A stretch of DNA of 64,000 nt, taken from contig CM022672.1 of assembly GCA_012295275.1 (NCBI GenBank), forward strand, positions 7,936,001 to 8,000,000, given 5' to 3'. Below the pieces are notes generated by a model that was given only the letters and a program-made list of their open reading frames with translations, was not told where the DNA came from and ran no database searches. The translations under genes and the position numbers were made by a program. This stretch comes from Chrysomallon squamiferum. Taxonomy: Eukaryota > Animalia > Mollusca. Positions within the stretch are counted from its first letter, which is position 1; each line of letters begins with the position of its first letter. Below, piece after piece: positions 1 to 11,600 of the stretch.

Positions 1-124
1 ATAGTATGAATATAGTCAATAATGTATAGCCTGAATGTAGTTTGTATATTTGATAGAAATTATTTGATTTGTTACCTGGAACTGTCCTGTAATAAAATCA
101 GGTTTTGAAATAAAATGAAAAACA

Positions 125-420
125 ATGATGTTCCTGAGAATTTCTGTTGGTTTGTTATTAGTGAGATCTTGTTGTCAATGTTACTGAGATTTGTTTTGTT
201 GGTGTTAGTTAAATTTGTTGTTGATATTTGTGAGATTTGTTTGTTGATGTTACTGAGATGTATTTGTTGATGATAGTGAGATTTGTTTGTTAATGTTATT
301 GATATTTGTTTTTGATATCGGTGAGATTTGTTTTTGTTGATATTTCTATTATTTGTGATTTTTTGTTGTTATTAGTGATTTTTTTTTTTTTAATGTTACT
401 GAGATTTGTTGTTGCTGTTG
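125..420 (+). repeat. degenerate about 24-bp tandem repeat upstream of an acceptor
   Basis: gttactgagatttgttgttgat-like units. Confidence 0.7.
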
Positions 421-423
421 CAG

Positions 424-521
424 GGTTTGATAAAAACATGTGACAAGATATCACAGTGTGATGAAGTTATTGATTTCTTCTCTCCGAAGCAGGAAGATCT
501 CGACCCTCTGACAGATGACAA
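424..521 (+). CDS. SH3PXD2A: Tks5-like exon: end of PX domain
   Basis: ttgcag|GGT..GACAA|gtgagt; GLIKTCDKISQCDEVIDFFSPKQEDLDPLTDD. Confidence 0.85.
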
Positions 522-3500
522 GTGAGTTATCTTCTCTTTGTTTTATAAAAATAGCGGCACTAATTTAGAGTGGTTTCAGTCAGTTATAAAAATATGATGT
601 TATAACAAATTATATATAGTATCAGACTTCCTTTAGTAAACAAATCAGACTTTTTCTCATTACAACCACAGTTCTTTATCTGTATATTTCAAAGGCTGTA
701 GAATGTGATTTGTCTTTGTATAGAAAAATGTGTATAAAAGATCCCTAGCAAGTAGAAAGTGTAATCCATGAAGTATGATTTCAAACCATTAACAGTTAAT
801 AAAACAGCATAATATTCCTGCTATCCATTAGCTTCACATTCTGGAAAGATTTAATCTTATTATTTGAAATAATTGCTCTGAAAAAACGTCTGTATTCATC
901 ATTCAGTGCTGCTGCTGCCTTGAATATCTCCTGTTACACGTCAAATATATTTTATGCTGTAGAGAAGAAATGTGAAACTATTGTTTCCATTCTAATACTT
1001 GGTCTTTCTCGGCTACTTACTGTTTGTCCAGAAAGTACTCTCTATGACTGATGAAATAAAATGAATGTAGCATCAGTAGGAGCTGTAGGATCACAGTTAG
1101 AGAGACTGATCGTTGGCTCAGACAGATTATCACCACTGAGTTACAACCTGCTTTCACTGTTGAGAGATCAGTTTTAAGCATTATTGTATTAATTAGGGTC
1201 TGCACCAGGAAGTTATCCCGGTGTGTGACTGCTGCTACTTTCACTGACCTGATAACTACAAGTGATGGATATTTTTACTTTAGTCATATTTGTGTATTGA
1301 CAGATAATCATGTACATTGATAGCTGTAATTATTACAGGAGCTTTTGGAAATTATTTTGAATACTGTGTAATTTTTCTTAATATATCTGTCTTTTTCTTT
1401 CTTTTTAAAAAAATCAAACAACCCCCAAAAAACAAAATCACTTCTCTTATTAACAGTTCATATAAAAATAATTATATTTCTTGTTTTAAAAATGGTTTGA
1501 ATCCATACTGTATTCAAAATTACAAATTTTGAATAAAACACATTATTATTAAAATGCTTCAGAAATATTGCTCACTGCATTTAAAACATGTTACAGAATT
1601 CCTATTTGACTTTTTTTAAAATTAATTTACAAATAATTTGTCACAGATGAAAAATATCAGATTAAAATATGGATAATTGCATGTAACACAAAACTCAATT
1701 TCCTTTGAAATATTATTTGAACACATGCATGGAAACAACAATAAAATGAATTTATTTGTGTTTTGCAAATTATGTAAAAAATTCCATAGTTTAGCAGTGA
1801 CTCTAAATTTAATAACAAAACCAAATATATAAAAGAACAAATAAATTAAAAAGCAAAAAAACCAAAAACAAAACAAACACACACACACAAAAATAAAGTA
1901 AAAAAGAGAAAGCGTGAATGTTCATAAACAAATAAATAAATATATAAATTTTTGTTTAGCACTGATTCTTTCTTCAGCAGAATTAGGTAAGTACAAGTCA
2001 GGAATGAATTTGTTTTGAAAACTTTCTTGTGTCATTATTGTGCAGGTTGTTTTTATTTATTTATTTAATTATTAATTAATTAATTAATATAGGGGTTACC
2101 AAATGATGCATACATGTTGCTGTTTTATGTTCTTTATACATTTTGGGCCAAACATTATACAAATATAAAAAGAGAAGTTAATAAGAAGAAAAGAAAAGAA
2201 AATATTTATAAATAGTTTATGTAAAGAATTTGTTAGTGTCTCAAACATGTAGTTATTCAGTTAATCCCTGTATTATTATAATTATAATTATTATTATTAT
2301 TTGTTGTTGTTATTTTATAATTTTATTTTTATTTAAATTATTATGGTTTGTGATTTTGGCTTTTGTTATTATTGATTATTATTTTTTAATCTATATAATA
2401 TTACAAGTATATGTGCATTCTAACTTTTTCAACTAAATGTGTAAATATTACATACACTCCTTCTGAAATGTTAACTAAATACTGACTTTTTATTGCTGGT
2501 TGTTTCTTGTGTTTACTAACTTGATCATACATATATATTGATGTGTTTATCCCTGTCCAACCTTCCAAGTATCCATCTGTATTTTAGTCCTTCCTACAAC
2601 AAAATGTATGAATTATTACATCAGTGGTTGAAGTGTGGTGCTTTGTATTGCATGGCTCACATTGTGCACGTAATGTTCAAAAATAATTTACATTCTGAAA
2701 TTCAGAAATGTGTGCAGTAGAATTTGCTTGTACTAAGGATTTTTCATTTGCATTCTTGGCTATCACAAAACATTTAAATGTGTTCAGTGTATAGCTAAAG
2801 TAATACGTGCCTACTAGTGATAAACAAATAAGTATTGCACACATTGATGTAAATCACTGTATTTTATTTGATTGTTTATTTATTTTATTTATTATGTTTT
2901 CCAGAAACCTCAAAAACTTCAGATTAATTTTCAGTAGCTCATTTAAAAAATTTAAAATAGGTAAAAAGATACTGGAACTGAATGGACAGTGAATATTACT
3001 AAAATGAATATAATTATTGATTGTGTGTTGATGTAGTTACAGTACATACAGATTTTTGCAAACTATGTTGCTGATTAAACAGATGAGATATATAAAATCA
3101 TAATTTGTAATCATTGTTTGTAAATCAGTATTTAAAAATCAAATTAATGTATTGATTAAAAAGTGATTTATTTGGATATTAATGAATCGGCAAACATGTA
3201 GAACTGACCTCATGCTATTTAATCTGATTTCGACCAAAGAACATTCTTGTTGAATTTTTCTGCCTTTACCAAGGAATCATCTATCTTTTAAAAAATGATT
3301 TACGAATGAATTATTTATGTATATCTCAGAATATATATTTTTATTAGAGAGTTTGTTAACTGTGTTTTTCATGCATTTATAGCAGTAGTGCTTCTTTTAT
3401 CAGCAAGCACCAAAAGGATGTTTTCTTGAAACAAAAAGAAAAAAATGAAGAAACAAATCTGATGATAGGAGAGCACATACCATTATTTTTGATAACTGCT

Positions 3501-6500
3501 AATAGGGCACTGTCTGGAATGAGAAATACCTGAAAGGGTGGCAGTGCGGGTGATTGATCATACAGCCTGTCATTCATCAAGTTAGTACAGAGTCACTGAG
3601 CTACATTACACACCCAGAGTGATGTCATTAATACCTGATGTCATTAATATGTGATGTGTTGTTTAATGTCATTAGCATGTCTGACATAATGAGCTGTTGA
3701 TAGCTTTATCATGCTGAATAACAATATTTACTCTATAAGTAATAAAATACATTTTAACTGAGCTAGTCACAGATGAGTCAGTACATTTTCTGAATGGGGA
3801 TAAATGTATTATAGTTTTTGTTATTTTAAATTGGTGATCAGAAGAAAATAATGATAAAGAATTCATTTTATATTTAAAAACTAATAATGATGGTAATAAT
3901 AAAACAAAATAGAGCAACAATTATAAACACAGATTTGAGCATTTGTTTGTTATTTATGTTTTTGCTTTGTAATTAGTTTCACTAACAGTCTTGAATGTTT
4001 TCTTTATTTCATTTTCATTAGTTTCACAGTTTTTATCTTTTAAAATTAAACAAGACTTTGAATAAATGAAAAATGTAGAATTATAAAAATTTGTCCTGAG
4101 TTTTCAGCATTACTATAATTTTTAATTAATTTTTTGAAAATTTATTTCAACTTTTCTCTCTATATATACATATTATATAACTGGACAAATTGTAAACCCT
4201 TTTATTTTTATCTTTTATTTAATGCAAATATGTAATTTTGAACTTTATTTTGAAGATAGATTTAATTAAGGTTATGGAAGTAATTCATTATACACTTGAA
4301 ATGTAGGCAGTCCAGCTTATTCAAATATATTACAACAATATGATAACAAAAATATATTCTTTTGTATAAATAATAATTTATTTAAAATAAAAAACTGAAG
4401 GATTTATAATAATTAATACTGACTTATTTAACAACTGTTTCAATAATAAACAACATCTTTTTTTTTCTTCCAACCTATCCTCAATCTTAGAATTTATTTT
4501 CTGTTATAAAAGTTTTATTTGGTTAGTAACAAGAACAAATTTACCTTCCTTATTACTTTGTTCTTTTCCTTTTATTGCAAATCAGGGCACTACTGGTAAT
4601 AACAGGGAAACTTTTATGTTGAAATAATTTTTATCCTGGAAGACTGAACAGTTTCACATAATAACAAATTTGTTCTTGTATTAACTTCTGTGTTTGGTGT
4701 GTATCCAGATGTATTTGTACTTCCTGTGTGTTGTAGATCAAGTTTTCTGTGTTGTTCTGCTTCATTGGTTATGAGTTAAAACGATACTAAAGTTCAGCTT
4801 AAATACTGCATGACTTTTTTTATGTGTGTGTGTGTGTGATTTACGTCATAACTGTTAACTGATCTGTGATAATCTAATACAGTTAGGATTAAACTGGGAA
4901 CACAGAAACAAAATGTTATGAAATTACTCAAGGACATTTTTTTTTTAATTTAGAGTATTTAATAAAGGTATAGTGGTACAAATTAAACATCTTTTGTATA
5001 AATGTGTTATTTTTGTTTACTTTTCTTTTTATATTAAAATTGATATAATTATTTAAGTTGAAGGCTGCATAAGATTTATATATATATATATATATGATTT
5101 TAATTTGTGTAGTTAGCTGAAAAGTGACAACTTGGCAAATATTTTGATAAAATGTTTTAGCAAACTTAAAACTAACAAAAGAAGTACTTGACTTCATTCC
5201 TTTACAGACAAACTGTTTGAAAATAGTTTTACCCCTACTTGTTAATTTAATTAGTTAGTACTGGGTCATTCAGAGTGACAAGCACCTGTACCAAGTAAAT
5301 AAAATCTGTTTCAAAATGTCACCACCTAAAATCATTGTACACTGAATTCTCCAGTCTTCTTAAAGCAACAGTGTGACTCTGTGCTTCTCAGATGTTTACT
5401 TGGTGTAAACGGGTGTGTCTGTGTGAGGGGTACTCTCTTTACTTTGGGTCACACTACAAATACAGGTTTCCACGTATAAAACTGGTGTATGGAGTTACAG
5501 GTAAAATCTGCTACCTGCAGTTACTGGAGAACAAACATTTTCCAGGTTCAAGTGGCTATGTAATTGTATCAATTATGGGTAGATCTGTACTCAGTTAAAG
5601 GTGGACTTGTATTTACAAAATCTTCCTGGTATGAATGAATGAAGCTTTCACTGAAATAAGAATGGAATTATTCTAACACATACAAATGTCTCTGATCTTC
5701 TCATATATACATATTCTTGCACACAATCTCCCCTGTCACATTTACACACACACAATCTATCATGCATACATGTGCAAACAAATGCATACATATATACATA
5801 CATACACACAAACTCAGACACACACACACACACATGTATATCACACATACACACACACATACATACATACATGTATATCTCGTACACACACACACACAAA
5901 TTAACAATTCACACTTCACTTATCTACATGTTACATCATTGTTCTATAAACCAGCTGATCTGCTTTGTAAAATGTCGGTGACACATTTTGTTTATCTGCC
6001 AGCTTTTCTCGTTGTCCTCTTTATTAATCATACTACCAACATTTCCTCACTTATTGTGCATCACAACACTTCAGACTACACCATCATGGCTCTCTTCGCG
6101 TGATTACTGCATAGCATCCGCTGCATGCTGGACGTCACTGCGGTTCAAGCGTTGACTACCTCTGTGCGGTATCCAGGAACTAAATACGTTGTTACTTCGT
6201 GCCTTGGGCCAAACATGTTGTGTGTGGGCTTTTTATAAAAAAAAAAAAACCTTCACTGACCTGCTGTGCTGTTTGTTAATTGACATTTGAGATTAACGCA
6301 GATTAACATGGATTATCATATTGACGATATCCTTTGTGTGGGGAAAATCTTTGGTTAATTAATTTTTTTTGTAGTGTGAAATTTTTTTCTTTCTTTTGTT
6401 CAAAAATGAAACTGTGTTTGATTTTCTTTGGATTAAATGCTGAAATGAAAATGAATTGAAAGTAATTATTATGCTCGTCATAAAATTCAGTTTATGTATT

Positions 6501-8612
6501 AACAAACTGCTTGTGGAGGACACCCATGTGTAGCCTATTCTAACAGGGGTGACCACTGTAAGAAAGTGTCATACAAAAGTCATCTGATCAGTGGATACCA
6601 GATTTTTGTGTTGTACTCAGTGGATCGTGTTATGTAAATGATTCAGTTTGAGGTGGATTCCAGTGTTCCACTGGATATTTTTAAATAAAGGACACCTGTT
6701 GATAGTGATCACTACTGTATAAGTTAAATAATTTATCAGTGACCAGGTTTAAAATGATCAGAGAAAAATAATTCTGGATAATTGGATCAAGCATGCATTA
6801 TTACTGTTTTCAGTGACTGTTTGTGTTTTATTATACATTTTTTAGAACATTTTCAAAAATGGATTTATGTTTGTGATTTAACATTCCAGTTAAATTTTAG
6901 AATAAATATTATTTTTTTTTTTTATTATTTTAATTTTATTTTACTTTTATTTACTTTTATTTTTTTTTTTTTTATTCTTCTTGGGGTATTATAATATTTC
7001 TTTCATCAAGGTCAAATCAATTGTGATATTACAAATTCCATTTCTTTGTTTTGAGGAATACTTTAGACAGAGGAACTAACGAGATAGAGTATTCAGTTGT
7101 TAATGGAGATCAGCTGAAACTTACAAAAGAAAACAAAATACTCAAGTTCAAGATTAGACAACCTGAATTATTAGAGTGGAGGAAGTACAAATTTTGTGTT
7201 TAATTTTCTGTTCAAACACTTGAGTTATACAGATATGTCTCTGTACAGGAAATATTTCACATGAAGTTAACAATAATGTTCAGACTTCTTCTTGTGGTTT
7301 AGAGTAAAAGTTATTCTTTTTCGTGAAAGGAAATTACGTTTGTCTGTGTGTCACTGTGTCTGTGTGTTACTGTGTCTGTGTGAGGTTTGTAACTGTAAAT
7401 AAAAAGTTTTCCATGATGGAACACTTGACCAGGCATTACCTTGTCATCAAAACCAAACTCAATCACATTCATTTTAACAGGAAGCCGAAAAAAGAGTCGA
7501 AAGCAGAGAAGATTTCGAAGCCAAGGAAACAGAAACAGTACAAAGTTATCGCTGATTACGATAAGCAGGAAACAGGGGAGATAACTCTGCAGGAGGGCAC
7601 AATTGTTGAAGTTGTTGAGAAATGTGAAATTGGTATGTGAGACCGATTATTTGTCATCGTGTTAGAATGTTAGTTTGTAAAAATAAATAAGCGTATAAAA
7701 CTAATGATAAGTGAAGATTAGTTTAGAAAAGTGAAATTGGTGTGTTACATGGATTATTTGTAGTTACATTAAAATGTTACTTTGTAAACATAAACATTTA
7801 AACATGATTATTGAATTTTGATCAGAATAACAAAACTGGTATGTGAAACCAATTGTTTATAGCTGTGTTAAAATGTTAGCTTGTAAGAAAAAATATACAC
7901 CTAAATACAACAGTCTAATTGAATTTTGATTACAGTGATAAAACTGGTTTCTGAGACCATAAAGACTAGCTGTTACAATATAAAGTTAGAAAAACATAAA
8001 GTGAAAATTTAAGAAACAACAAAAAAAACCCAGTTATTATTATTATTATTATTATTATAATTATTTTTTTATATTTTTATTTTATTTAATTATATTTTAA
8101 AAACAGCACCATCAAAACACATTGCATAATTTTAACAATCAACTTCTCTTTTTTTGATGTTGTTGTTTTGTTAACATTTGATCTTCACAGAATACTCAGT
8201 TACATGTTTTCCATAACAGTAAATAAAATTTATGTACACTTAATTTATGTACAAAGAAAATCTATCATATTTTTGATAAACACTGGTTGCTGATAGTGCA
8301 GTGATCTGAGTGTAAACGTATCTATTTGAAATCAGCTCTTGGGGCTGTTTACTGACAAGTTATGATGTATGAGTAACATCAGGATGTTAATCTAAAGTTA
8401 TTTTTTACATTCTTCACTTGATTTTAATTACTGCTGATTTTTGAAGGTCGTGTTGCTATTAACAACCATTTTTGATTTTTGGTATAATTTTTACACAATA
8501 TGGTCTTTTTTATTATAATAAAATCAGCAGTAATAATAGTGTAATAATTATAATTGTAATGGTAGGAGTAATAATAATAATAAAAATTGACAGCATTAAA
8601 ATTTAAAACTAA

Positions 8613-8647
<35 letters not shown>

Positions 8648-11600
8648 ATTTGTTCTGTCTATTCTTTCTTTCTTCCCTCCATTATCAACTTTCCACTCTA
8701 CTACCATCTCTCAGATCTATCTCACCATCTCTGTGACCATCTTTCTGTCTTGTTTTTCTCACTACTATTCCATTCCATCTCACTCTGTTTATCCCCATAT
8801 GTGTGTGTGTGTTTTTTGTTTGTGTGTTTATAATTTTTCAAGTTTTATATGCTCAGTATATACAAAGTTATAAAAAGGTTGTTGTTGTTAAGAAAGTTAA
8901 TAATTAAAGTTTGGTTTTAAGGTTGGTGGTTTGTGAATGGTGAAGATGAACAAGGCTGGGCACCGAGTACTTACTTAGAACCTTTAGATGGTGAAGCAGA
9001 AAATGGTACAACACGACTAGCTCCTGGAGAAGGTAAATAGAGTCTGTCATATTACCCAGTAAATCTGTGTATTTATATATATATATATATATGTATGTAT
9101 ATCTGTTTATCTTTTTTTTATCTCTTTCTTTTTCCTTTGCCCCTTTTCTCTGGTTTTTTAAATTTTTCTTTCTCTCTTTTTCTTTACTGTCATTTTTACT
9201 CTCTCTCTCTCTCAGTCTTTCTCTTTTCTGTCACTCTTTCCTCTCCCCTCCCCTTCCTCTTTCTCTCTTCTGTTTACCTTTTATCTTTAACTCACTAACT
9301 GACATTTGGTATATCTCTTAATAGCATTAAATATTTTCTTAACAAAACAAACAGAAGGACATGTAAGAAAATCATATAGCAGAGCACAAAGTTATCGGTT
9401 TTCATGTTGTTGTTGTTTACAGAAGAACAATACATCTGCATTGCTTCATTCAGTGCCTCAAACCCAGATGAGATCTCGCTGGAGAAAGGTGTTGTTGTTG
9501 AGGTTGTAGAGAAAAACCTTGATGGATGGTGGCTGGTCAGGTAGGGGGAACAAATATAGGTTTATTTTTTTGTGAAATTCTTATTGCTTATCCCAGAATT
9601 TCTCAAAAATTGGATGTGGAAATTTCAGAACTTGAAACTATTTTTAAAATATTGCTGTGTCCATCCAAATCAAATTCAAGCTAGAAAGTGTTTTAACTAC
9701 TTCTTCACATTCATTTGAATTTAAATATTTATTAACACTGTATCACGATATATATTTTAACTAATCTGTAATGTAAATTTTTATAAATATCTGTTAACAT
9801 TGCCAGATACCAGGGACAGGAGGGGTTTGCACCCGCTACGTATTTGGACCAGACACGGACAAATTTTAACCTCACTTTGGCTGAGAAAGGGCGTGCTAGT
9901 GGTGTGGAGATTGTCGGAACTCTCTCTGATGTCAGTGATCTCCTCAATAAGGAGTCGAAGAAAGAGGAGAAAGATGAGGAGAAAAACGAGGAGACTGGGC
10001 TGCGCTATTCTGTTGGACCACAAGGAGATGCGTATGCCAAGATCAACGTCAAATCACGGTCACTGGAGCGAGGAGGAAGTCTAAGACCACCACCGCGACA
10101 GAATTCTATCGTGGTGAGTAGAACAGAATTCTATAGTGGTGAGTAGAACAGAATTGTCCAGTGGTGAGTAGAACAGAATTGTCCAGTGGTGAATAGAACA
10201 GAATTGTACAGTTGTGAGTATTTAAATCTGTTTAATAATGAATAAATATTTCAGGACACAAAACAGGGCAAAATTTACCCAAAAAGATCATGATTGGAGT
10301 TCAGTAAAATAGAAAATGTTTATCAAGATTTGTGTTTAATGCCACTGAATTGTTTATGTAAATAAGCTAAATTTGCAGTTACTGTTATCACAACTTGTAA
10401 AAATACATAAATACTGATAATTTTCTTTAAAGTTAAAATTATTTTTTCAGCTGTTCTCAGAAAATTAAGAAAAGTAAGACTGAAATTAAAAAAAAAGAAG
10501 AAAAGTTGAACCACCATCCAGTACTTAATATAAACAAACATGTAGTTAATTTTGTTCATGTTATTTTAAGAAAATGTATCCATTGTTATAATTTCTTTAA
10601 CACAACTTTCACGCTAACTTGGTCTTATTTGACATTTTTTTCCAGGTATCAAAAGAACAGTCACTTTCTCCAAAGCCAAATTCAAAGTCGCTGAGTTACG
10701 TAACAGTAACTGACTTCACAGATCCTGTAGGAGATGGAATCAGTTTTACAGCTGGTGAACGTGTCACTGTGAGAGTCGAGTCTTTCATGACTTTTTATAC
10801 CTCTTCACACTCTACTTTCTGCAGTTACTCAGACTTTTGTGACTTTGTTTTATATTAATAATTATTTTCAAATTTATACTTTACAAATACTTGTTACAAT
10901 TACTTGTTAATAGTTGGACTTCCTGATTTTTCTAATTAATTGATTTACTCAATTTTCATTTCTTAATATATTTTTCTGTTTTGGTCAGCAGTTGCCTTTT
11001 TAGTCTTTTGCACTTTATTAAATAGAATAGAGATAGAGATATGTATGGTGTCTGTTTTATGTTATATCTGTAGGTGATAGAGAAAGTAATAGTGTGTATT
11101 TTATGTTATGTTTGTAGTTGATAAAGAAGGGAATAGTCTGCATTTTATGTTGTATTTGTGGACGACAGAGAAAGAAGTAATCAAATTTTATGTTGTATTT
11201 GAGGGTGATAGTGAAAGAAATAATTGACTGTTTGTAGGTGATAGAGAAGGGAGCTAATGACTGGTGGTTTGTGCAGATCAATGGCAGGGAAGGGTGGGCA
11301 CCAATGTCATACATTCAGTCTTCAGAATCAAGCAGTGGGCCCAAACAGGTGAGATTTGTTCATAGTTAACTAATACACAATATTTCACAAATATTTTTAT
11401 TACTGAAAGTTAAAAATACTTGTTTAACAATGGCTAAGTATTTTGAAATTAACTGTCCAAATTTTTTATTATTATTATTATTTTCTTTTAATAACTGCAT
11501 CAACCATTTTGATTAATTAAGTGATAAGGAAGCAACTAGCATTACACCTGACAACAGAAGTGATTTTTCATGATTATGATTTGTATATGATTATATTCAT

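Noticed and set aside
5392-5598. 68-aa intronic ORF as an alternative exon of the Tks5-like gene
   Set aside because: The stronger donor (5501) gives the wrong phase, the phase-compatible donor is weak, and there is no recognisable homology.
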